This document shows, piece by piece, positions 25,629 through 36,865 of a stretch of DNA of 64,000 bases. The position numbers and the translations under genes were made by a program. The notes below the pieces were generated by a model, which saw nothing but the letters and a program-made list of their open reading frames with translations, had not been told where the DNA came from and ran no database searches. This DNA is from Massalongia carnosa (taxonomy: Eukaryota), in contig OZ287074.1 of the NCBI GenBank assembly GCA_965645245.1, positions 1,984,001 through 2,048,000 on the forward strand. Direction: 5' to 3'. Each line of letters begins with the position of its first letter. Positions within the stretch are counted from its first letter, which is position 1.

Positions 25629-27518
25629 ATGGTGTTCCTCACAATGTACCCCGAGGAATTTGAGCATACCAAGGAGCCATCCTATGACAAAGACATCCGT
25701 TGGCCACCAGTATTTCAACTTCAACCGTTTTCCTGCTTGACTTCATCATCAGAAAAACCCGAAACAGATGACGACTGCAGCAGCCAGGACGGAAGCGAAA
25801 TGGCGGGATTTGTATCATCAAAACACACAACTCCTCCCTCGGAAGATGAGGTTCCGCTGGGTAATTCCGTAGCCCTGGACAATGCGGATGCCACGATCAT
25901 CAAGCCAGCTCTTCTCCTACAGGAGTGGCCAGTATCCGGAGGGCAAATATCGGATACAGCGCAAATTCCGTCGACGAACTTTCTACCACCTATTGATCTG
26001 AAGCATCTGGGTTCTTTTGAGACTTCAGACGAACCTCTCTCATCCGGGGACATCATGGCTGAAAGTGAGATCTTTGTCTCAAGCAAGCAATTTCTTTCAG
26101 TAGAGACAGGTTTACTTGGTGAGTTCAGAGCCTGGTGACCGAATCTTCTTGCGATATACCACGTAACGGCCCTAACATTGGATTTCGCGTTTCTAGAAGA
26201 ATGCCCTGCTACTACAGGCACAACTGAATCGATCAATTCCAGCGAGACTATCGTGAAGCTACAGGATTCTGATGCCATCGTCAACAGCAAAACTGTTGAT
26301 CCTGCAGCATCCAGCGAGACTGTCATAGAGTTCGAGGATTCCGATACCATCGTCGACAGCAACCGTGTGAATCTCGCAGCATCCAGCGAGACAGTCCCAA
26401 AGTTAGAGGATTCTAATGCCATCATCGATAGCAACGGTGTGAATCCCGTAGCAGCCGAGAAGACTGAGAGACAGGAAGAGTTGAAGCTCCCAGCGAAGTC
26501 TCACTCACATGAAATAATATCGACTTCCGTCATCAAAGATAAAGATGGACAAGAGGGCGTCAACATCGAGGCTTCAACCGACGCGCCATTGGTTGCAATC
26601 TCCTGCCCCACAACATTCTCCGCTACAGATCCTCCATCGACCCGACTTCGTCATATGATTGCCCACTCCCCATCAATTATCCTTTGTCCGGGTGTGTATG
26701 ATGGTTTGTCGGCGCGGATCGCCCTTCATGTTGGTTTCAAAGGTATGTACATGACAGGCGCAGGTACCACGGCATCGTGCCTCGGGGCTTCGGACCTAGG
26801 AATCGCTCATCTTCATGACATGCAAACGAACGCCGCGATGATTGCCAACCTTCAACCCGACGGCCCCCCTCTGATCGCAGACATGGATACCGGCTACGGC
26901 GGGCCGTTGATCATCTCCCGTGCCGTCAAACAATACGCCCGTGCCGGTGTCGCGGCCTTCCACATTGAAGACCAGGTGCCTGAGAAACGCTGTGGCCATC
27001 TGTCGGGCAAAGAAGTTGTCGACATTGACACCTACCTTCGACGCATCCGAGCCTGCCTCGACGCGCGCGCCCAGATCCGAAGCGACATCATCATCATCGC
27101 GCGCACCGATGCTCTCCAATCTCGTGGATACGAAGAATGTGTCGCACGGCTGCGACGCGCTCGCGACCTCGGTGCCGACATGGGCATCCTGGAAGGCGTC
27201 TCCTCCAAGGAAACGGCGGCACAAGCAGTTAAAGATCTCGCACCGTGGCCGTTGTGCTACAACAGTGTTGAGAACGGGCACAGCCCGCTCATCACGGCGG
27301 CGGAGGCTCAGGCGATGGGATACCGGCTGATGATCTTCTCGTTCGCGGGGATTGCGCCAGCTTACATGGCGATTTTGGAGACGTTCACAAGGTTGAAGGA
27401 GCAGGGCGTGACGGGCAGCATGGTTGGACCGAAGAAGATTTTCGAGGTTTGTGGGTTGGAAGAGGAGATGAGAATTGATGAGGCTGCGGGCGGATCAGCA
27501 TTTGCGAAGGGTGTATGA
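25629..27518 (+). CDS. oahA: oxaloacetate acetylhydrolase (ICL/PEP-mutase superfamily) with a long acidic N-terminal extension; exons 25629-26118 and 26197-27518
   Basis: PGVYDGLSAR, YMTGAGT, IADMDTGYGG, FHIEDQ, KRCGHL, IIARTDA; IFSFA carries the Ser typical of OAH (Pro in 2,3-dimethylmalate lyase); the GTGAGT..CTAAC..CTAG intron (26119-26196) joins two ORFs in frame (about 603 aa). Confidence 0.8.
26238..26453 (+). repeat. 72-bp (24-aa) tandem coding repeat x3 in the OAH N-terminal extension
   Basis: TCCAGCGAGAC starts at 26238, 26310 and 26382; peptide SSET-x5-DS-x-x-I-[VI]-x-S. Confidence 0.9.
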
Positions 27519-28528
27519 TGCCCTGGCAGTCTTTCTTGCGTGTCACACGAAATGTTTTAGTAGATCAAATTAAGTTGTATTGGGTTAGCACAGCGCGTTA
27601 AAGTCTCAATCAACGACACCTTCATGCTTTGGCGTATTGTATTGAAACATGGCGGCTTTTCTAAAGATCATTATCTTGTAAAAACTCACATGGAAGTACC
27701 GAAAGCACATCATCATTGATACTATCGACAACCATAACTTTCATAGAAAAAACCTCGTGCGCTTTGTCGAGTCTTCAAAAGAAAAGGGTGGAGAGGAAAG
27801 AGCCGAAGACGACCCGTCAAATGTTGACATCATGAGAACGCGATAAGGAAGCCGATTGTATTGTACAGAGTACAGAGGCCTCCAAAAGGATGATCGACTG
27901 ATTAGCTAATTCATCAGTTGAGGATCTCGATCCGATGCAGGGATCGAGCCGTTCAGAAAAACATGCTCTCTGGAGCAACTGGCTACCTGCAAACCCACTA
28001 TACTAGAAAGATATCTATGTTTGAACGATGCGACGTTGCTATGTACGTTGACAGGGGTAAAAGCAGCCAACTTAACTAGCTGTGGTTAATGGATATCAGC
28101 CCAGCTACTAGTAAGGAACTAGAAATACCTACCTGCCCTTTCGGGCCCCGTTTCATGCTCTGCGGCGAATCCCATCAGGCACTGTATTTACGGATTTTCC
28201 CAGGTGATGAGCTGTCAGGTCGAGCGGCTGTCTCAGGCAGGGAACGAGGAAGGAGCAGAATGGATAGGTAGTACATTGCCCTCAGGTGATAAGTCTACAG
28301 GATTCGAAGGACGAAACAAGTTTAAATAGTACAAGTCTTTCGACAATAATCCGCCCATCCAGACCCATTTTTTGGTTCGCCATGCGCCACAATTACCTTA
28401 CATCCAACTGCATATTTCCAAGGCGTGACACACGCTAGCAAGCAACCAATTATCCCCTCATGACTTCCCCCTTGCTAGCGTGTCTCTGACACTGAGGCTC
28501 CCCTGTTTCCTTTTTGGCTTCATCGGGT

Positions 28529-29764
28529 TCACGAATTTCGTAACGCACTGGCAGTGTCATCGACGGCTTTCTTTAGCCTTTTCTTCAGGAGGCTCGTCAG
28601 CGCCGTGTAGATTCCCGTGTCCTCCCGCTCCTGGCAACCCAGACTGCAGTACCTCTCGGCGTACCTTTCGACCAGCGCTGCCGCCTTCCGCAATTCGTTC
28701 GATACGAGCTGCATCCGCATACGCTGTTCGTCCTTGGCATCCATTTTGTATGCGCCGATCGTTATAGGCGTGTCGCGGACAAACATCTCGGCCGAGGCGT
28801 CGGGGGAAGGAGATGATTGATGGGCGGATATGTCTGGGCGTATGAGGGTCTGGTATAGCGCGAGTATCTTGTCGATGATGAGAGAGAGCGTAAGATAGGA
28901 TTGTTGGGAGAGGGAGCAAGGGCAGGAGAGGAGCTGGTGGGCGTTCTCGACGGCGGATTTGTTGGTGATTAGAATTTGGTCCATAGAAGAGATGCTGGGT
29001 TCCATGGTAAGAGATGTGCTGCAGGGTTGGGAATTGAGGTTGAGGCTGTCCAGGGTGGAGGATGCCAGCCTGGTGCAGTCGTAGCGAAGGGACGGTTGGC
29101 TAATGTCGCTGGATGCGGGAGTAGGCATCGGGTTTGTAGGTAGCGGAAACTCGGCCGGGCTTGGAGTCTGCAGAGGTCCGATGCCCAGCACACGAGGAAA
29201 CTCGTCTTCAAAATTAAAGATGTCGTCATTTGATTTGCTTGGGGTGGACTGGCCCATGGGGGGTGGAGTCATATAGAGGAAATCCTGATCGAAGAGGTTC
29301 GAAGGCGTCATCGAAAGTTCCCTCGTTGTATATTCGCTCATGTCAGGCGTGAATTGTTGCCAGAAGCCGGACGTTCCCTCATCGTGCGTTGGAAGGGGCA
29401 TCTCCATCGTTGACAAGTCTTGAGCGAGGGGAAAGATCGATCCCACACCAGCATGATGAGAATCGAGCCTGGAAGGGTCGAGTCTTTCCTCCGCAGGCTT
29501 TGACAACCGCTTGCCATGCACAGCTTTCCGCCCGTTCACGGAGCTTGACAGGTCTCTCGATGCTGCTGGAGGTTTGCCTTTTCGTTGGGAAATGCTATAA
29601 TTGCACTCCAGACTATGTTTCTGGCAACGAATACAGATCGGTCGGCTCTGATCACACTTGGTCTTGGAGTTGGAGCAGGCATCGCAGGACATTCGGAGCT
29701 TCCGCGCTCGAACGCGTTCCTGCTTGCATCGAAGTAGCGATTGTTGAGAATTCTCGGTGTCCAT
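28529..29764 (-). CDS. AflR-like Zn(II)2Cys6 pathway-specific transcription factor
   Basis: CDACSNSKTKCDQSRPICIRCQKHSLECNY zinc cluster followed by SISQRKGK; C-terminal LLSCPCS..ITIGAYKMD..RMQLVSNEL resembling the AflR domain. Confidence 0.9.
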   Translation of the reverse strand: MDTENSQQSLLRCKQERVRARKLRMSCDACSNSKTKCDQSRPICIRCQKHSLECNYSISQRKGKPPAASRDLSSSVNGRKAVHGKRLSKPAEERLDPSRLDSHHAGVGSIFPLAQDLSTMEMPLPTHDEGTSGFWQQFTPDMSEYTTRELSMTPSNLFDQDFLYMTPPPMGQSTPSKSNDDIFNFEDEFPRVLGIGPLQTPSPAEFPLPTNPMPTPASSDISQPSLRYDCTRLASSTLDSLNLNSQPCSTSLTMEPSISSMDQILITNKSAVENAHQLLSCPCSLSQQSYLTLSLIIDKILALYQTLIRPDISAHQSSPSPDASAEMFVRDTPITIGAYKMDAKDEQRMRMQLVSNELRKAAALVERYAERYCSLGCQEREDTGIYTALTSLLKKRLKKAVDDTASALRNS

Positions 29765-30372
29765 CTTGGCAGAGTTTGGAGTAACGCAATCGTTGCCTGG
29801 AACATTGGGGATATCGCACCTCCAATATGGGTTTCTAGGTTCGCCAGATTATACATATCGGTCAGTACCCATGTCAATCGTCAGCGTGGGATTCAGGAAC
29901 AGTCAACGCCAAACGCCGATTCAGCTTCGCATGCACCGCCGCATCACTACCGTACCGTTTAGCAAGGCTTACTGCTGGCTACTGCCTTTGGACCCCATTG
30001 GGAACCTTTAAAAAATCCTTAATCTGGCATGCATCTGCATGCATTGTTATATGTTCTGTTGGCTATGCAAGAAATCGCGTGAGCTTTTAGTTCCAACTGC
30101 TGTGAGTATACTCCGCTAGATAGATGGGGAGCTCTCTGGTATCAAGGTACAGGAAACGCCACGCCAAGGATTCTAGTCGCATTGGTGCGATGCAGATCTA
30201 CGGCCCAGACTTCCTTGCACCGATTCCCCACCACGTGTCATAACCGATACTTTCACCGATTGTATTTACGGCGGCGGCCTGTGCCCTGTGTTAGCTCTTT
30301 CTCGAACCATTTGGGAGGGGCTCGGCTACGTTGAGGCTTAATTAAAGAGAAACCAAATCTACAACTATCAAT

Positions 30373-30383
30373 TCGGGAACCGA
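30373..30383. promoter_or_regulatory. AflR-type site TCGGGAACCGA upstream of the regulator (possible autoregulation)
   Basis: TCG-N5-CGA; its reverse complement TCGGTTCCCGA is identical to the site at 59540. Confidence 0.55.
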
Positions 30384-31287
30384 AAAATAGCCCCAGATTA
30401 GCAGGCCGTATTGCAACTCTCCAACTCTCCCTCGTATTCAAGCACGCAACGCTTGCGATGTGGAATGATGGTAGAATGGGAGTCGAGTGGAATTCCAAAC
30501 CATATGCAAGTGTTAATGAGGGTGAATGTTGGCGTATGAGGTTTAAAATAACGAAATAGCAGGTAACCTTGACACTTAGGTTTACAGCACAAGCTTCGAT
30601 GACTTCGATGACTAGTTTCTTGATGGGACTATTATGGTACTCGTACGTAGCATCACAAGCCCACGAACCATGTAAGAAAAGGCAACAAATCTCTAGGGTG
30701 AAAGATAGCGAAAGCTTGGTATACTTAAGAAGAGTAAGAATACACTTACAGAGTAAGGAATAACGTGAGCGAGATACTGCATTTAACCTCCGAGCTAACC
30801 CCCAATGGACTTCCAACAAGCCGCACGGCCACTGCTCAACGAATCTACTCTACTCTAGAATAGACGGTCGTAAAATAGCCCAACGTGCCAACCGAATCAT
30901 GAATCACGCTAACACGGTTGGCCATTCAGTAGAGTAAAGCCTCAGAGGTCATTTTGAAATTTAGAAAATCAAAAACCTCAAGAGGAATCAATACGTGATT
31001 CAGGAGGATCCACAGGTGATTCGGAAGATGTTTCAAAAGATGATCTAACACCAAAGTACTTGTAAATCAATTTCTGAACCATCTGTGAACTACCTGTGAA
31101 TCATCTCATGAATCGTCTCATACCTAGCCACAGTCTACATAAATAGGCTTCACCCTGAGCCTAATCCGGCAAGCCCTCCGACAATCCGCCAACAAGCCGC
31201 CGACAAGCCCACCGATAAGCCAAATTTGGAAGATCTCGGAGTGGAAACTATTGATAGCCATAGAACTCCTATCAAACACAGAAGAAA

Positions 31288-31353
31288 TAAACCGAATGTA
31301 AACCGAATGTAAACCGAATGTAAACCGAATGTAAACAGAATGTAAACAGAATG
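31288..31353. repeat. 11-bp tandem repeat TAAAC(C/A)GAATG x6
   Basis: Read directly; four copies with C, then two with A. Confidence 0.9.
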
Positions 31354-31771
31354 AGTTTCTGTTAGAAGGGAGACCCTCCTCCCAGTAAAGCTACCTTACA
31401 GTTCATCGTACGGATAGTACCTGCCAAGCGGTGAGAAAAATAATCAATATATGCAAACCGTGTGTGCCGCGATAATTTGGTGGGGTTACCTTCGATCTTA
31501 CCACCCACACCCCCAAAATTCATAACGGTACACTAGTTGTATGCCGTTGGCTTCATCGCCGCCCTGCTTGCGTGCTTGACTGATAATCGAATGAGGGTGT
31601 GATGAGTAATCCTACTCTCTTGCTGAAACGGAGAATGTATTCTACAAAGTCAGCTCCAAGGATACAGAGGGCGAGCCTTCTCTTTTCACGGATCCTGTCG
31701 GGTTCCAAAGGATTGATGACCGCTTTTCTTTTCTTTTGATTCCACAACTCGAGACAACAATGGGTACTGCT

Positions 31772-31782
31772 TCGGAACCCGA
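31772..31782. promoter_or_regulatory. AflR-type site TCGGAACCCGA, about 190 bp upstream of the beta-propeller gene
   Basis: TCG-N5-CGA in a promoter position. Confidence 0.55.
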
Positions 31783-31967
31783 CGACTTACCCACAGGAGG
31801 CGATCACAGAGTCGGCATGCAAGCTGATCAAAAACATATAAAGATCACGACGAGGTCGTCCATCATGAAGGTAGCACATCAGCACGCCCGATCACATCTC
31901 ACAAGCTCAAACAATTTCCAAACCCGACCAAACTCGTTTTAAACCACAATCACTTGGATCCTCTATC

Positions 31968-33056
31968 ATGGGGCTCTCACTTCGTTCAATCGCCGGATTT
32001 TCCTTACTTTCGCTGGCTTTGGCTCTACCCGCAAGCGAGATCAGTGCTCGACGGGCTGATCCTCTGCCTCTTCCGGTCGAAATAATCCACCAGTTTCCAC
32101 ATCCGACGTGGGTCCAGGACCTTGCCGTTCGTGCCGATGGAAAAGTCCTGGTCACGCTTCTTACCGCACCAGAACTCTATGAAATCGACCCCTTCGGAAA
32201 GAAAGACGCTACGCTGGTACACACCTTTCCAGACCATTTGTGCCTCACCGGCATAACCGAGACAACCCACGACGTCTTCTATGTTGCGGGCGGTAATGTC
32301 ACCGTCGTGCCAGCCGCCGGCGCGGCCACGACCACCAATTTTTCCCTAACAGGGAACAACGTGCCAGGCGCCTGGGATGTCTACAGAATCGACTTGACAC
32401 ATGATCACGCTCCTGCCAAGGTCAGCAAGGTTGCGCACTTGCCGCAAGCACTCAATATCGACGGAATGACGACCCTTGATGCCCATGCGGGCATACTCCT
32501 ACTCTCGGATTCCTTGGCTGGCGTGGTCTACAAACTCAACGTCAAAACTGGCGAATCCGCCATTGTCATTGATGACCCCACCATGAAATCTACCCCTGCC
32601 ATCGCGATCGGCATCCACGCCCTCAGGATTCGAGATGGCTCGCTGTTTTTCGACAATAGCGCGCAAGAAACGTTTGTCCGCATTCCCATTCATTCCGATG
32701 GGACGGCCGCCGGAGCCGCGGTCGTGCTCTCTACCAACATCAACAGCAACGGTTTCGCGTTTGACAGCAAGGGAGACGCATTCTTTACGGAAAACACCCC
32801 CAACGCGCTTGGATATGTACCCGTCGGAGGCGGGGAATCTACCGTGCTGGCCGGGGTACCCCTGACTGCTCCCTCATACTTGCCTGGCCCCGAGTCGTGC
32901 GAGTTTGGTAGAACGCGACTCGACTGTGAGACGTTGTACATCACGACCACGGGAGGTATTGCTTCGGGACTTGGCAATCTCACGCTGGGCGGGACGTTGT
33001 CGAAGGTCAACATCGGCAAAGCCGGATACTACAACAAAGGCTCCTTGTCGCTCTAA
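31968..33056 (+). CDS. secreted six-bladed beta-propeller protein (SMP-30/gluconolactonase/TolB-like fold)
   Basis: Intronless 362 aa; signal peptide; TWVQDLAVRADGKVLVT, LTGITE, IDGMTTL, LLSDSLAG, SNGFAFD, LYITTTGG blade-like motifs. Confidence 0.75.
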   Translation: MGLSLRSIAGFSLLSLALALPASEISARRADPLPLPVEIIHQFPHPTWVQDLAVRADGKVLVTLLTAPELYEIDPFGKKDATLVHTFPDHLCLTGITETTHDVFYVAGGNVTVVPAAGAATTTNFSLTGNNVPGAWDVYRIDLTHDHAPAKVSKVAHLPQALNIDGMTTLDAHAGILLLSDSLAGVVYKLNVKTGESAIVIDDPTMKSTPAIAIGIHALRIRDGSLFFDNSAQETFVRIPIHSDGTAAGAAVVLSTNINSNGFAFDSKGDAFFTENTPNALGYVPVGGGESTVLAGVPLTAPSYLPGPESCEFGRTRLDCETLYITTTGGIASGLGNLTLGGTLSKVNIGKAGYYNKGSLSL

Positions 33057-33507
33057 GCAGCCCCTGGCTCATACGCACGGCATCGCATCCATCGCTCGGA
33101 GGGAAGTGATTCCCATTGTGTCTGGTTCGGGAGCATTGAAGGCTCGACTTGAGAGGGAATCATTTGAAGGATGATGACAGGGAGGCATGGTTCAGATGTA
33201 CAGTAGACTAGCAAGCACATACGCGCACACGCTTTGCACGAATAACACCAAATCTTGCTCATATGACCTACAGTCTCATGATATGACAGCCTGATTGCCA
33301 TGGAAGATATGCATGCATTGTCAACTATTTCCTTTCGCATGATATGGCTACTTATCATCTGTCATCGCCAATCGGTTATTTTTATTCTTCGCTCATCCGT
33401 AAGAGTCGATCGTGAAGTAGTAGTAGTAGTAGTGTAAACCATCATGATTTCGAGCATGTAGATAATCCCTTTTACCATCTACAATACTCTGTAATGTTGT
33501 CACTCAC

Positions 33508-33616
33508 AGCAACAACAACAACAGCAACAACAACAGCAACAACAGCAACAACAGCAACAACAGCAACAACAGCAACAACAACAACAGCAACAACAACAAC
33601 AGCAACAACAACAACA
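33508..33616. repeat. (CAA/CAG)n compound microsatellite
   Basis: Run of CAA and CAG triplets read directly. Confidence 0.9.
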
Positions 33617-36600
33617 CGTATGTACATACAAGTGAGCAATCAAGTCCCACTAAAACAACAATCAGTTAATTAACTACCTCCCCCGAAAAATAAAAATAAA
33701 ACCTCCAGAATGTTTCCACACATCCAAACAATAATCTTGAGTGCATCATCATCTGTTTTGAAGCTGTGCTCGGTTCTCGGTTATCGATCGAATCTAGAAA
33801 TAGAGTGTGTACAAATACGTATGGATTACTCCGTAACTAGATGGAGGTTAAACCAGATAAGGTAATTACCTCACCGCTTCCCGCCCCCTCTCCCATTTCA
33901 TTCGCTGCCTGTTTTGCTATGTGTGGGTGTTTGCTGTGGCTAATGCGGCGGGATGAGGCTGGGATTAGAGGTGGCCCCATCAACCCTCCCTATCCTTATG
34001 CAGGGTACCTATCAGCGCACGCATTGATGTGTTAGTGTATTCCCGGGAGACCGTCTCTCATCTTGGCGTGGGTTTTTGTCCCCGGGGAAGGGGAAGGTGC
34101 TATGCCCATTTGCGGCATAGGTACGGAGTATAGGGATAGGGATAGTTAGGGATAAGGGTAGGGGTAGTGTATAAGGACATGGGTTCCTTCCTTGCAGCTG
34201 AGGTCTAACTAGTCAGTTTGGTACCAGGCATGTACACGAGCACAACAGCGAGGAAGGTAAAAATAGATATAGGTGTTGCGAATGCCAAGCCAGCTGGATC
34301 ATATCTGACGTAATATGCGAATGCCTTTGCGTATTTTACTGATATGGGAATAGTTAATTTCTGGTATCTTCGATGTTTAGAAACTCAGGTCTATATAGTA
34401 GACATTCGAGGAGAATCTCTAATGTTCTGTGATCAACATGTATATAGCATCACTCCTACGCATAGCCTAAATCGCAATAATCAGCACTCTGCCACCTATT
34501 TTCTATGCATTGGGTCCATCATTCTCCATCCATCCCTCCTATTTTAAACAATAGGCATCTCAAATAAATGAACACAGCGTGTCACTTATCCGTCTACCTA
34601 ACATGTTGTATGGGGTCACTTTTCTGCACGGGTACCTTTACGACTCGGATGTTTTAGACGCCAGGCAGGTTAGATTGCAGGTACCTTGTACTCAAAGTCG
34701 AGAGGTACTTAACCAGAGTAGGTAAATGAGGATTAAATGAGACTCTCTGTGCTCCGTACATACGTTGGGCCATTTCTTTATTTGTACGCCCGCCTGATTG
34801 TTGGTGTGCCGATCGTCTGCCTTGCAGGGCGTGGCTTAGCTTATACAATATGTACATGGTACAAACCTAGTTAACTACGGTGTGGCTTGTTGACCGGTTG
34901 GTTGGATGACTGCCTGAGACATCCAACCCCAACTCAAGGAAGGGTTGAAAATACTTCGAAACGTCTAGACTTTTAGCGAAGCAGGGGCCGGGTCTAGTCT
35001 TATCAACGAACCAACCGACCAACTTGATTGGTTAGTTCATCGGAGATACTTGCTCTATTAAGTTCACATCACATCACATCACACCACATCACATCACAAG
35101 AGATGCAACATAACATAACACAACATAAAACGCAACATAATCATAATGCTTCGTTTCATTGCATTCGATGCTAAAGGAAATGGCGAGTAGCTGGATACCT
35201 ATGGGTAAATTTAGCTGTTCGCGGGCTTTGTATCGGTATCCGAGGAGAGAGACAGAGAGACAGAAAGCCAGACAGACCAACAGACAGACTGAAAGGAATT
35301 GTGCTTGATGATAATGATGATGATGATGCTGCGTCGTACGTAGCTGGAGCTGCAACTGAAGCCGGCTGCACTCGTCGGTTGGGTGTGTATGTGTATGTAT
35401 GTATGTATGTACTCACTCCTTTGTGATGCCGTTACACCTCGTACTTGATGCTTGCTACTCATCTTCTTATTCTCACTTTCTCTCGAGATCAAACATTCAA
35501 GAAAAGATGCAGAAATTCAAAACAACCAGACTGCAATCGACAAAAAGTTTTATGATCTGTCGCTGAGGATTTCTGCGTCTCGCTCGACTTTGTTGTAGTT
35601 TTCTTTCGTCAGTGTATTCCCGTCATTTGTTTTTTTCGCTATGGCGATGCAATGACAAATGTCGGGAAAGTAAAATTCGGAAGATGTGATTGATGGAAGA
35701 ATTGTAGTTTCGAGGTTTTTGGGAAAAGAGGAAGAATGCATGTGACAGCAGCGTTCGATCCAAAACTCTCAACAGCATAACAGAAGAACTTATGTAGCGA
35801 TAATAGGATTCTATGTACAGCGAAATACAGAGCTACAGAGCTATAGAAGTAATAAGTACAGAAGTAGAAACGACACAAGTACAGAAAGACATAGAATTAC
35901 GGGAGTTATAGAGTTCCCAAAAGTGTAGAAGTAAAAAAAAAAAAAAAATTAGTACAAGCAAACAAAACCAAGCACCTAACCAGAAAACACCCGTTGCTTT
36001 TTCTCACCCCCCCCCCCCTATCCTCCCCGTCAGGAACCCAACGCTCGAGAAAGAAGTAAACATAACCTAACACACCAATATAATTACACATCGCGTTCCG
36101 TTCCGTGCATATGGATAGGTGGATGAACGAATGAGAGAGGAGCAGTAGAAGAAGAAGAAGAAGAAGAAGATGTAGGATACTCGGAACGATTGAAGAATGC
36201 TAGTTTTTAAGGGGGGAGAAGAAATGCCATCAATGTTTTTGGGGCATTTAGGGCATTTTGAGGGGGGGGGGGGGGTAAGTCAATATGTATCGTGCATGCT
36301 TGAGGTGCTGATGATGATAGCGGTAACGATAGTGGTAGTGACAGCGACAGTGGCAATGGGGAGAAAAATAAAAGAGGAGAAAGAGGACAGGAAGAAAAAG
36401 AATGAGTATGTATAGATGGCTCTTAGACCTAACAAGAACGAGAATGAGAACAGCAATGGTCATGAATATGGTATGCCATAAATGTACGTACATAGGCCCA
36501 AAACTCTCTCTATTCTCTCTATTCTTTTTCAATTAATCATTCAATCAATCAGGAAAAAACAAACAAACATAAGCTCTACCTCTAAAAACCGACGGTCTAT

Positions 36601-36865
36601 GTATCTTACAGGACAGGACGCATTCCACAATCGAGCACGCTACAAGGGCCGGCCACACACATAATTCGCAAGGTGTGGATCTGATATGAAATGCAACAAA
36701 AGGGGGGGGGGGAGGGGGGAATGGAGGAGATGGTCAAAACGCGCTAACGTGTAGAAGTACTTTTTCCTCCAAAATGGACCCGATCAAGCCTCTCCCTCTC
36801 CCCCGAACCTGAATATATGTTTGGGTACTAGTAAATCAATGGGACCGGTTTCCTTTTTCGGGGCT

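Noticed and set aside
25721..26434. 237-aa antisense ORF
   Set aside because: Shadow of the OAH extension and its 72-bp repeats; no independent motif.
33508..33616. Polyglutamine-coding exon
   Set aside because: No credible ORF or splice context around it.
34125..34170. Interstitial telomere-like TAGGG run
   Set aside because: Short and degenerate; consistent with low-complexity sequence.
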